Positions 47,591 to 58,119 of a DNA stretch of 58,119 bases are shown one piece after another. The notes beneath the pieces were generated by a model. The model ran no database searches and had not been told where the DNA came from. It was given only the letters and a program-made list of their open reading frames with translations. Origin of the DNA: Malacoraja senta (taxonomy: Eukaryota). A program made the position numbers and the translations under genes. The stretch covers positions 1 to 58,119 of the forward strand of contig JAXLNO010000120.1 of the NCBI GenBank assembly GCA_038087875.1, given 5' to 3'. The first letter of the stretch is position 1, and every line of letters starts with the position of its first letter.

Positions 47591-50040
47591 ACATAGATAC
47601 ATAGAAAATAGGTGCAGGAGTAGGCCATTCGGCCCTTCGAGCCTGCACCGCCATTCAATATGATCATGGCTGATCATCCAACTCAGTATCCCGTACTTGC
47701 CTTCTCTCCATACCCCCTGATCCCTTTAGCCACAAGGGCCACATCTAACTCCCTCTTAAATATAGCCAATGAACTGGCCTCAACTACCCTCTGTGGCAGA
47801 GAGTTCCAGAGATTCACCACTCTCTGTGTGAAAAAGTTTTTCCTCATCTCGGTCTTAAAGGATTTCCCCCTTATCCTTAAGCTGTGACCCCTTGTCCTGG
47901 ACTTCCCCAACATCGGGAACAATCTTCCTGCATCTAGCCTGTCCAACCCCATAAGAATTTTGTACGTTTCTATAAGATCCCCTCTCAATCTCCTAAATTC
48001 TAGCGAGTATAAGCCAAGTCTATCCAGTCTTTCTTCATATGAAAGTCCTGACATCCCAGGAATCAGTCTGGTGAACCTTCTCTGCACTCCCTCTATGGCT
48101 ATAATGTCCTTCCTCAGATTTGGAGACCAAAACTGTACGCAATACTCCAGGTGCGGTCTCACCAAGACCCTGTACAACTGCAGTAGAACCTCCCTGCTCG
48201 TATACTCAAATCCTCTTGCTATGAAGGCCAACATACCATTCGCTTTCTTCACTGCCTGCTGCACCTGCATGCCTACTTTCAATGACTGGTGTACCATGAC
48301 ACCCAGGTCTCGCTGCATCTCCCCATTTCCTAATCGGCCACCATTTAGATAATAGTCTGCCTTCCCGTTTTTGCCACCAAAGTGGATAACCTCACATTTA
48401 TCCACATTATACTGCATCTGCCAAACATTTGCCCACTCACCCAGCCTATCCAAGTCACCTTGCAGTCTCCTAGCATCCTCCTCACAGCTAACACTGCCCC
48501 CCAGCTTAGTGTCATCCGCAAACTTGGAGATGTTGCTTTCAATTCCCTCGTCCAGATCATTAATATAAATTGTAAATAGCTGGGGTCCCAGCACTGAGCC
48601 TTGCGGTACCCCACTAGTCACTGCCTGCCATTGTGAAAAGGACCCGTTTACTCCTACTCTTTGCTTCCTGTTTGCCAGCCAGTTCTCTATCCACATCAAT
48701 ACTGAACCCCCAATATCGTGTGATTTAAGTCTGTATCCTAATCTCTTATGTGGTACCTTGTCGAAAGCCTTCTGAAAGTCCAGATACAACACATCTACTG
48801 GTTCTCCCATATCCACTCTACTAGTTACATCCTCGAAAAATTCTATAAGATTCGTCAGACACGATTTACCTTTCGTAAATCCATGCTGACTTTGTCCAAT
48901 GATTTCACCACTTTCCAAATGTGCTGCTATCCCATCTTTAATAACTGACTCTAGCAGTTTCCCCACTACCGATGTTAGACTAACTGGTCTGTAATTCCCC
49001 GTTTTCTCTCTCCCTCCCTTCTTAAAAAGTGGGGTTACGTTTGCTACCCTCCAATCCTCAGGAACTACTCCAGAATCTAAAGAGTTTTGAAAAATTATCA
49101 CTAATGCATCCACTATTTCTGGAGCTACTTCCTTAAGTACTCTGGGATGCAGCCTATCTGGCCCTGGTGATTTATCGGCCTTTAATCCATTCAATTTACC
49201 CAACACCACTTCCCGACTAACCTGGATTTCACTCAGTTCCTCCATCTCCTTTGACCCGCGGCCCCCTATTTCCGGCAGATTATTTATGTCTTCCTTAGTG
49301 AAGACGGAACCAAAGTAGTTATTCAATTGGTCCGCCATATCCTTGTTCCCCATGATCAATTCACCTGTTTCTGACTGCAAGGGACCTACATTTGTTTTAA
49401 CTAATCTCTTTCTCTTCACATATCTATAAAAACTTTTGCAATCAGTTTTTATGTTCCTGCCAGTTTCCTTTCATAATCTATTTTCCCTTTCCTAATTAAG
49501 CCCTTTGTCCTCGTCTGCTGGTCTCTGAATTTCTCCCAGTCCTCTGGTATGCTGCTTTTTCTGGCTAATTTGTACGTATCATCTTTTGCTTTGATACTAT
49601 CCCTGATTTCCCTTGTTATCCACGGATGCACTACCTTCCCTGATTTATTCTTTTGCCAAACTGGGATGAACAATTTTTGTAGTTCATCCATGCAGTCTTT
49701 AAATGCCTTCCATTGCATATCCACCGTCAACCCTTTTAGAACTAATTGCCAGTCAATCTTGGCCAATTCACGTCTCATACCCTCAAAGTTACCTTTCTTT
49801 AAGTTCAGAACTGTTGTTTCTGAATTAACAATGTCACACTCCATCCTAATGAAGAACTCAACCATATTATGGTCACTCTTGCCCAAGGGGGCACGCACAA
49901 CAAGTCTGCTAACTAACCCTTCCTCATTACTCAATACCCAGTCTAGAATAGCCTGCTCTCTCGTTGGTTCCTCTACATGTTGGTTTAGATAACTATCCCT
50001 CATACATTCCAAGAAATCCTCTTCCTCAGCACCCCTGCCA
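47591..50040 (-). mobile_element. Young 5'-truncated CR1 with open RT domain, inserted into an older CR1
   Basis: 578-aa open frame 47683-49419 with all RT motifs, plus 49449-50030 after one frameshift; aaaaca duplicated at both junctions; the host old CR1 continues at about 47545-47590 and 50045-50160. Confidence 0.96.
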
Positions 50041-50493
50041 AAAACACAGGCTTGGCCACAGCTGGAGTAGTGCATCCAGTCCTGGCTGCCTTGCCCTCAG
50101 AAAGGCATGAAGCTTCGGAGAGAGTGCACAAGAGAGTAACCAATGTGTTTGCAGGGATGGTGGAGCAGTGGACAGAATGAAGATGGCCGATGGTGCCCCA
50201 GGGCAAGGCCATCCCACCGATGCCTCGGCCTTTAAATGAGTTGTGGATTGGCGCAACATCAAGCAGTTACAAGTTAAATTAACATTCAGCAGTGTGAACC
50301 TCAGCAGCTCTGGGGAAACCTGTACTGTCAACATAGATCTGTACTTGCCTATTCAGGACATATTGCCCAGTGTGAAAGAGACCCCATTCCACAGGAGCAA
50401 GTCAAACATGACTAAAGTGCCTGCCTACACAACACCCTTTCAGTCTGTTACATTCAGAGTTTTACTTGGCCCGGGCTTTTGTCTGATACTTAC

Positions 50494-50575
50494 CAGCAGA
50501 TTCCAGTGCATAATCCACCAATCCAACCCTGTCAGCGCTGTATTTTAGTGCTTGCTCCACAATGCTTTTCACATC
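50494..50575 (-). pseudogene. SUN exon (helix preceding the SUN domain)
   Basis: DVKSIVEQALKYSADRVGLVDYALESA(G); tttggtag| acceptor and |gtaagt donor. Confidence 0.95.
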
Positions 50576-51344
50576 CTACCAAAGGAAAAAACAACAATAA
50601 TCTGGGATAAGAAGGGGGCAGTAGAGTGCAATAGAGTGCAGAGCCCACACACATACAGAAACCAGACGGGCAATGCTCCCTTCAACAGTTCCCACAAAAT
50701 GATCCCTCGTATCCATTCCCATAATCTGGAATTAGCAAGGTGTAATAAAAGTGAGCGATGGAGAGCCCAAGTTTACTGCATAGAAGGCAGCAGGATTATG
50801 TGATCAGGTCAATAATTATTACAGTACATTGTCATGGATAGGACAGGTTTGGAGGGATCTGGGGCAAACGCAGGCAGGTGGGACTAGTGTAGCTGGGACA
50901 TGTTGGCCGGTGTAGACTTATGCAATGTTCCATTCAGTTTGACATTGCCTTACTACCTGTCCTTCACAGAAAGGTTCCTGAAGAAAACTACCCGTGACCA
51001 CGTGATCAAGGTAGAACGAGCTACAGGCACTGTGGGAGAAGGACTCGATGGATCCCATCAGATGGCTCCCCAAGCAGACAGAGGAACTCGCCAACAGTAG
51101 TGTGAGGAGCCCTCCCAGTCAGACCCTGCTGGCTCTGTCAGAAAAGCACCCCACTGCACGCTGCCATTGAGATGGTTGTGGTGTGGACAACATTCACCTG
51201 CTTATGCACTGGGTGTTTGACAGGAAGGTCAGAAGAAGAATGCAAGGGCTCTTGTCATGGTTCACCCTGTGCAGTTGTGCATTAGTGATCTATGAGCTGT
51301 TCACAGGGACGCACAAGATAAATGTCAACTGCTGCTGGAAGATC

Positions 51345-51855
51345 ATTATAGCCATAGAGGGAGTGCAGAGAAGGTTCACCAGACTGATTCCTGGGATGTC
51401 AGGACTTTCATATGAAGAAAGACTGGATAGACTTGGCTTATACTCGCTAGAATTTAGGAGATTGAGAGGGGATCTTATAGAAACGTACAAAATTCTTATG
51501 GGGTTGGACAGGCTAGATGCAGGAAGATTGTTCCCGATGTTGGGGAAGTCCAGGACAAGGGGTCACAGCTTAAGGATAAGGGGGAAATCCTTTAAGACCG
51601 AGATGAGGAAAAACGTTTTCACACAGAGGGTGGTGAATCTCTGGAACTCTCTGCCACAGAGAGTAGTTGAGGCCAGTTCATTGGCTATATTTAAGAGGGA
51701 GTTAGATGTGGCCCATGTGGCTAAAGGGATCAGGGGGTATGGAGAGAAGGCAGGTACGGGATACTGAGTTGGATGATCAGCCATGATCATATTGAATGGC
51801 GGTGCAGGCTCGAAGGGCCGAATGGCCTACTCCTGCACCTATTTTCTATGTATCT
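51345..51855 (+). mobile_element. Young CR1 3' fragment
   Basis: Translation nearly identical to the 3' ends of the CR1 copies at 47.6 kb and 18.1 kb. Confidence 0.95.
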
Positions 51856-52181
51856 ATTATCTCAGCGGAAGACTCACTTTGGTCTGCCCAAAAATTGATC
51901 TTCCTGCATAAGATGTGGGTAAATGAATTGCTGCCGACTGGCACATTCCAGGGTGTGAGAGAATGTGGTGTGAGGGACACACTGAAGCTCAGTGTAGTCA
52001 CTACAGAGGCTGTGGGAGAGTGGCCTTGGTCTAAGGTCCGGCCACCACTAGACACTGAGGGACTCTCAGACACTTCATAGGAGCACTGTTTAAGGATGTG
52101 GTGTTTATTGACACATTGCAAGTGAAAGTGCTGAATTGATGGAACGTAGAGCAAGACATGCCCCAATTTCATTACTAGATA

Positions 52182-53041
52182 TCTATATAATTAAAATTCT
52201 CATCTTGACCACTTCCTGTTCACACTGCATATTGATTTTAGAAAAAACACTACCACTTACGGTTGTGATTTTTAGTCTTCTTACTCAGAGTCCCCCTCCG
52301 CTGCACAGGGCAAGAGGATTTTTCCCATCGATGAAAAATAAAAGAGTTATTTGTGTTTAAAAAATGTTGAGATTCTCTCTCCTGTCAATCACTGCCATGA
52401 AGGCCACGCCCCTTCTGGTGGGAGGGGGAGGGACTATAAAACCCGGAACTGTGGGAGTGGCTCGGGGTCTGCAAGATGGGGGAGGGAGAGGTCACCTTGA
52501 TGGCCTTGCACCCTGCTTGAAATGGTAACCATATAACCATAACAGCACGGAAACAGGCCATCTCGGCCCTAGGAACTGCTTTTCAATTTGGTGGCCTTGC
52601 ACCCTGCTTGAAATGGTATGAAACTGCTTTTGAATTTGGTGGCCTTGCACCCTGCTTGAAATGGTAGGATACTGCATTTGAATTTGGTGGCCTTGCTCTC
52701 TGCTTGAAATGGTAGGAAACTTCATTTAAATTTGGTGGCCTGCACTCTGCTGGAAATGGAATTTAAAGGAATAGCCTCGAGTCAACTGCCAGTCCACCAG
52801 CCGTGAGTGAGTGAGCTGCCAGCACACCAGGCTTGAGTGACTGAGCTGCCAGCCCAATAATCCATTCGGCCCACAATGTCCATACTAGCCCTCTGGAAAC
52901 CAGTCCCTTCAGCCCACAACACCCAGAAAGCCCCCCCCCCCCCGGCCACCAATATTGGAATTGGTGGAGAGGTGGAATATTGCGTTGGGGGACCAGCCCT
53001 CCCGTGTGAACATGGAACCCAACGGGTCCCACTTAGTCTAG
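52182..53041 (+). mobile_element. Complete non-autonomous Helitron with internal ~54-bp tandem repeat
   Basis: A|TCTATATAATTAAAA 5' end; hairpin ggaaccc-aac-gggtccc just upstream of CTAG|T; tandem units tggtggccttgcaccctgcttgaaatggta at about 52497-52760. Confidence 0.88.
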
Positions 53042-53119
53042 TATTATCAATAAATTACATTTCTGAAATACAATAGTGTGTTCCAGAGTTAGAGCCACCG
53101 GCTGCTTGCATGCTTGTAC

Positions 53120-53332
53120 CTTAATAATCCCTGCTCTGACAGCTGCCGAGTGTGTCTCCATTGCCGGACGAGGATAAAGTGAAGCATCTGAGAGGATCTT
53201 CTTCTCCAAGCCAGCGAGGAGGGCCTCGAGTTCCTTGCGATGCACCAGCTGTGCTGTCAGTGGTTCCCATGTGCTGTCTTGTGATGAACCGACGAGCAGC
53301 TTGTGGACAAGTGGGAGCAACGCCGTCTCCTT
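53120..53332 (-). pseudogene. SUN luminal coiled-coil exon
   Basis: KETALLPLVHKLL...LVHRKELEALLAGLEKKIL...AAVRAGIIK; 213 nt, phase 0-0, canonical splice sites. Confidence 0.85.
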
Positions 53333-55957
53333 CTAAACACACAAGAGCTGGATAGTCAGTGCTCCTTCTTGTAGACATTGAAATCAATGCAAAGCAGTAT
53401 CTTTGTCATCTTAAAAAATATATTATTTTACAATTGTTGATCCTTTGGCGAGGGAGACAAGGCAAGGGAATACATTATAGCTGAAAGGATACTGAACCGT
53501 GGTGGGGAACAGAAAGATCTTGGAGAGATTGTTGTGTAGGAAGGAAATGCAGATGCTGGTTTACACTGAAGATAGACACAAAATGCTGGAGTTACTCAGC
53601 AGACCAGGCAGCATCTAATGCTCCAGAGATCCTGTCCATGCCGCTGAGTTACTCCAGCATTTTGTGTCTATCTTTGGAGAGCTTGTTGTGGGATCTTTGA
53701 AGGTAGTGGGACAGTCATCTTGGAACTGTGGAAAATGTTAGCTCAGCCGTACCTGTAACATTGTGTGGATTCTGGTTGCCTCCCTACAGGATTGATGGGA
53801 GTTCACTAGAGAGGCACAAGAAAGGTTTACGACATTGGCAGGACTAGAGAAGAAAGGTTGCAAGGAGAGAGTCGTCAGGTACTGCAGCAGGTAGATTGTT
53901 TGAGTGGTTATATTATAGAAAAAAAGACAAAATGCTGGAGTAACTCAGCGGGACAGGCAGCATCTCTGGAGAGAAATAATGGATCATGTTTCGGATTGAG
54001 ACCCTTCTTCAGACGTCTCGACCCGAAATGTCATCCATCCCCCCTCCCCCCCTCCCCCAGTGATGCTGCCTGTCTTGCTGATGTCTATCTGCGGTGTAAA
54101 CCAGCATCTGCAGTTCCTTCCTACACATAAGGTTATGATATTCTGACTGGTCCATTCAGAGTAAACAAGGTAACCATCTTTCCTGCACAAAGTTGGAAAT
54201 GTAATTCAATTGGCACAAGGGTTTGATGCAATTAGTACAGTGGGCCAAGGGTTCACTGCCTGAATGGTTGTTGGAAGCAGAACTCACATTTACTGGGCAC
54301 CTGGACCAGCAGTAGAAGAGGCTGTGAGTGAGATTCACCTGGCCTCCCAGCACGTAAAACAGAAGGTGGGAACTAGAGGTCAATTGACAGGTACATGGAT
54401 AGGACAGGTTTGGAGGGATATGGACCAAACGCAGGCAGGTGGGACCAGTGTAGCTGGGACATGTTGGTGGGTGTGGGCGAGTTGGGCCGAAGGGTCTGTT
54501 TCCACACTGTATCACTCTATGATTCTAATTCATCCAGCACTCATAGTTCACAAGAGGAAATAACTAATCATTTGGTAAACTGCATCTAATCAAACGTAGC
54601 CGACATGGTTTAATGAAAATCATGTGTGACAAAACTTGACAGGATGTGATAGGGAGTTGATAAGGGAAACCTGTAAATGTAGGAGGAAGGAACTGCAAAT
54701 GCTGGTTTAAACCAAAGATAGACACAATAAACTGGAGTAACTTAGCGGCTCAGATAGCATCTCTGGGGAAAAGGAATTTTCTATTTGTTTTCTCCAGAGA
54801 TGCTGTCTGACCCGCTGAGTTACTGCAGCTTTTTGTGTCGATCTCCTGTAAATGTAATGTGTATTTAGATCTCCAAAAGGCATTTGCCACATATGAGGAC
54901 AAATGTGCTAACATGGACTGAAAGGTGGCAGTCATATAGAAAAACAAGTTAGAATAAATGCATGAAAACTGCAGATGGAATAAATCTGAAAAACAAAATG
55001 CTGGGAGCACTCGGGTCAGGCTGCATCTGGAGCCAGAGAAACAGAATTCATGTTTCAAGTCAAAGACCCTTCGTCAGAACTGGGGAGGTGACAAAATAAA
55101 CTTGTAAAGCTGCACAGGTGGGTGGATGACTCTGATAGTGTCAAACCAGGTGGCCATGGGGATAAGCTGCACACAAAGTTATCTGGTCAAGGAGTGAATA
55201 GGAGCGGTTAGGTTCTATACAAGGAAAATAGACAAAGATCGTAGCAGTTGCAAAATGCAGAGCAAGAAGACATGTCTAGGAAGGAGTGGCAGATGCTGTT
55301 TAAACCGAAGATAGACAACGGGACAGGCTGCATCTCTGGAGAGAAGGAATGGGTGACGTTTCAGGTGGAGACGCTGTTCAAACAAGACATGTCTGGCAGG
55401 TCAGCATGGACATGCCCTCCACTTTTGGATAGAGATTTTTAAAAACAAGACAACCCAATTATCACAAATGGACAACTGATACTAACAGAGGAATCAAGTT
55501 ACCAAGATTATCAAATTCCATTCAAGCCCAGAGGACTGCCATGAGCCCAAATGGAAGGTGAGATGCCATTCCTCAAGATTGCTTTGAGCCTCATTGCAAC
55601 AGTGCAGGATGTCACAGACTGTTCGGTCACTCCCACATCCAAGAGTCAGAATGAGATAACATGAAGCTCAGGAGTGCCCCTTGGATCGAACCCAATGCCT
55701 GTTTGGTTTCTCCAATGTTGAGGAGACCACGTCGTGAACACAGGGAAAGGAGCAGAGGGGGGAAAGGAGAGACAGTGAGAGAAAGGGAAGAACACAGTAG
55801 AGGGAGGGAGAGAGAGTTGAGTGTTAAAGAAGGGGAGGGAAGAGGGCAAGATACTTTCCACACTTTCGTCTTCACCTCAATCTCTTTGATCAAGGCAGAA
55901 GAAATGCTAAGTGTTGACCTTTTACAGTTAAATAAAAAACTATTTGGGAAAACTTAC

Positions 55958-56113
55958 ATCAGTCATATTTTAATTCAGTTTTCCAGAGCTTGCATGCTGG
56001 AGTCCATGTCCTTCTGTGCTGCACGTACAGCCTGCAGCTCCAGCCGTGTCTGGCTGAGCTGCTCCTCCAGCAGCACCAGTGCAGTCAGTAGCTGCTTCTG
56101 TTCATCTGTCAAC
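55958..56113 (-). pseudogene. SUN coiled-coil exon with stop and frameshift
   Basis: LTDEQKQLLTALVLLEEQLSQTRLELQAVRAAQKDMDSSMQALEN*; TGA at 55975-55977; 1 nt short for a phase-0 exit. Confidence 0.8.
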
Positions 56114-56665
56114 CTATATTAATAATAATCCATATAATTTTATTAGCCCAGTATGTATACATACAAGGACTTGCCTTGATGCTTTGCTTGCAAGGATAAA
56201 AACATGATATACAGTAGACAATTAAAAATAAGACATTATAATTTAAACATGTGGAAATAAGGTACCAGATTAAAAGAGGCTACAGACTTTTGGCTATTGA
56301 GTCGAGCTACTGCTTGTGGAAAAATACTGTTTTTATGTCTGGCTGTGGCCCAGATAAAACCTGTCCTATACAGGACAAAGCAAGTCATCAGGGTGCAGGA
56401 GCAGAGGCAGCACGGTGATGCAGAGTAGAGCTACAGCCTTACAGCGCCAGAGACCCGGGTTCAATCCTGACTACCGGTGTAAGAGTGATCGTTGGTCTGC
56501 ATGGACTCGGTGGGCCGAAGGGCCTGTTTCCACGCTGTACATCTAAACTATAAGTGACGTTGACCTAAAAGCGACGTTGACGTTCACGCAGCAACTGACA
56601 AAGCCCCCCCCCCCCCCCACCAAGAGTCTGCTGCTACTCCACTCCGGGCTGGAAACACTCTGTAC

Positions 56666-56706
56666 CTTTCCACAGCAGATTCCATTTCCTTCAACTTCTG
56701 CAACAT
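56666..56706 (-). pseudogene. SUN coiled-coil exon
   Basis: tttctag|MLQKLKEMESAVE(R)|gtacag; phases match the neighbouring exons. Confidence 0.75.
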
Positions 56707-57180
56707 CTAGAAATAGAAATTTAAACAAAGTTTATTTTCAAGTTGGGAGGCTTTTTAATTCTACTCGCAGCTACTTATTTCACAACATACACGTCAAATT
56801 TACAAATATGTAATGCAGAAAAGTCACTTTTCCATACTTCATATTTCCTTATGACATAGGCTATTTCAGCCCATCAAATCAATGCCAGCTCTCAGAGAAT
56901 CCCAGTCCTTCACGAATTTTCCTTGAAACTAGTTCCTCACAAATTCCCATCAATTGTCCGCAGAATCCACCATTCAATTGAAAGCAAACTTCACTGAACT
57001 GTAGCAGCTTAACACCCAGAGGATGGGAAATGCAGGGAATTCTCTGCCCAAGTGGCTACGGAGACCAGTCCTTGAGACCAGTTCAACAGCGAGATGACTG
57101 GCCTTAATATTACGGAATTGAGAGTATGGCCTTAAATGGTGCCGAGATAAATGGTCTGACTGAGAGGTAGAGCAGCTGAG

Positions 57181-57470
57181 GGGCAGCACGGTGGTGCAGC
57201 GGTAGAGTTGCTGCCTCACAGCACCAGAGGCCCAGGTTTGATCCCGACTACGGGTACTATCTGTACGGAGTTTGTACGTTCTCCCCGTGACCTGCATGGC
57301 TTTTCTGCAGGTGCTCCGGCTTCCACCCACACTCCAAAGACATACAGGTTTGCAGGCTAAATAGCTTAGTAAAATTGTATTGTTCCTAGTGTGCGCAGGA
57401 TAGTGGTAGTGTATGTGGATCGCTGGTCAGCGCAGACTTTCCACGCTGTATCTCTAAAACAAAACAAAAA
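57181..57470 (+). mobile_element. tRNA-derived SINE, near full length
   Basis: gggcagcacggtggtgcagcggtagag (A box)...ggtttgatccc (B box)...ggagtttgtacgttctccccgtgac...ccacgctgtatctctaaaac tail. Confidence 0.9.
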
Positions 57471-57864
57471 AAGACTAAAAGCAGCCATTTCAGGCAGAAT
57501 GTGAAGGAAAGCTTGCCATGCTAGGACCAGAGGCCTCAGAATAAAAGGACGTTCCTTTGGGAAGGAGATGAGGAGGAATTTCTTTAATCAGAGGGTGGTG
57601 AATCTGTGGAATTAACTGCCACAGTAGGCTGTGCATCTTTTTAAGGAAGAGATAGATTATTGATTAGTATGGGTGTCAGGGGTTATGGGGAGAAGGCAGG
57701 GGAATGGGGTTGAGGGTAAGATAGGTCAGCCATGATTGAATGGCGCAGTAGACTTGATGAGCCGAATGGCCTCATTCAGCTCCTATCACTTATGAACCAT
57801 GACTCTCTGTGCCCACTCTACCCTTTTTCCCACACCAGCAGCAGCTCTCTCTCCCCGCACCCAC

Positions 57865-57942
57865 CTTGGTATTGCAACCAACTTCCCGTAACGCCGGCTC
57901 CGTCCGCTCCTCATGCATCTGCTGGATGGCGGGGATGTCAGC
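57865..57942 (-). pseudogene. SUN exon (most 5' exon in window)
   Basis: tttgcttccag|ADIPAIQQMHEERTEPALREVGCNTK|gtgggt; 78 nt, phase 0-0. Confidence 0.65.
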
Positions 57943-58119
57943 CTGGAAGCAAACACACACAGCGTTACTCACCAGGGGCATGCACCCACCCACCCCTCCA
58001 CCTCTGTCCAACACAGAGCCAGAGCCTTTGTAGAGAGAGAATACCAAATGTGTACAGATCCGTAGGTTAATTGGCCGCGGTAAATTGCCTCTTCCATGTC
58101 AGCAAGTGGAGAATCTGGG

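Larger units (their letters stand above)
32024..57942 (-). pseudogene. Unprocessed SUN-domain (SUN1/SUN2-like) pseudogene, 9 exons in window, 5' part outside window
   Basis: Exons 57865-57942, 56666-56706, 55958-56113, 53120-53332, 50494-50575, 45213-45325, 42960-43127, 35298-35390 and 32024-32136, all with canonical AG/GT splice sites; SUN motifs DYALES, TRCTET, GIPLWY, NCWPFKGSQG, FTLEHIP and NWGHPEYT. Confidence 0.93.

Noticed and set aside
51183..51767. 194-aa ORF with hydrophobic N-terminus
   Set aside because: Flanking intron sequence fused by chance to a CR1 3' fragment starting near 51345.
51878..51903. Possible 26-nt SUN micro-exon (ttatgcag|...|gtgagt)
   Set aside because: The neighbouring exons already join in phase 0 and match the SUN architecture; inclusion would shift the frame.
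52497..52760. CRISPR-like array
   Set aside because: Contiguous tandem units without unique spacers, inside a eukaryotic Helitron; no cas genes.
57181..57255. tRNA gene
   Set aside because: The A/B boxes belong to a multi-copy SINE head and continue into the SINE body; no complete cloverleaf or terminator.

Overview
Eukaryotic, repeat-saturated genomic DNA. The CR1, tRNA-SINE and Penelope-type repeat spectrum points to a cartilaginous fish, probably a skate or ray (inference). No intact cellular protein-coding gene was found. Right half: nine exons of a spliced SUN1/SUN2-type nuclear-envelope gene on the minus strand (57942 to 32024), with canonical GT-AG splice sites but two nonsense codons, two frameshifts and loss of a conserved Cys, i.e. 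an unprocessed pseudogene. Its introns hold a young full-length L1 with a 15-bp TSD, young CR1 copies, a Helitron and MITEs. Left half: an intron-containing THAP/P-element transposase gene (7938-17733), preceded by a pile-up of CAAAG/CATAG inverted-repeat termini. It is interrupted by an RT-deleted DIRS1 retrotransposon with intact ITR/ICR architecture and by a 5'-truncated L1 with a 17-bp TSD. Middle: an old non-coding tandem duplication array (19.7-28 kb) and a CpG-rich inverted duplication (29.1-29.6 kb) with candidate non-coding exons. Short fold-back elements carrying minimal hammerhead-ribozyme cores occur throughout, and one is built into a Harbinger-like MITE family. All identities were judged by eye; no alignments or database searches were run.
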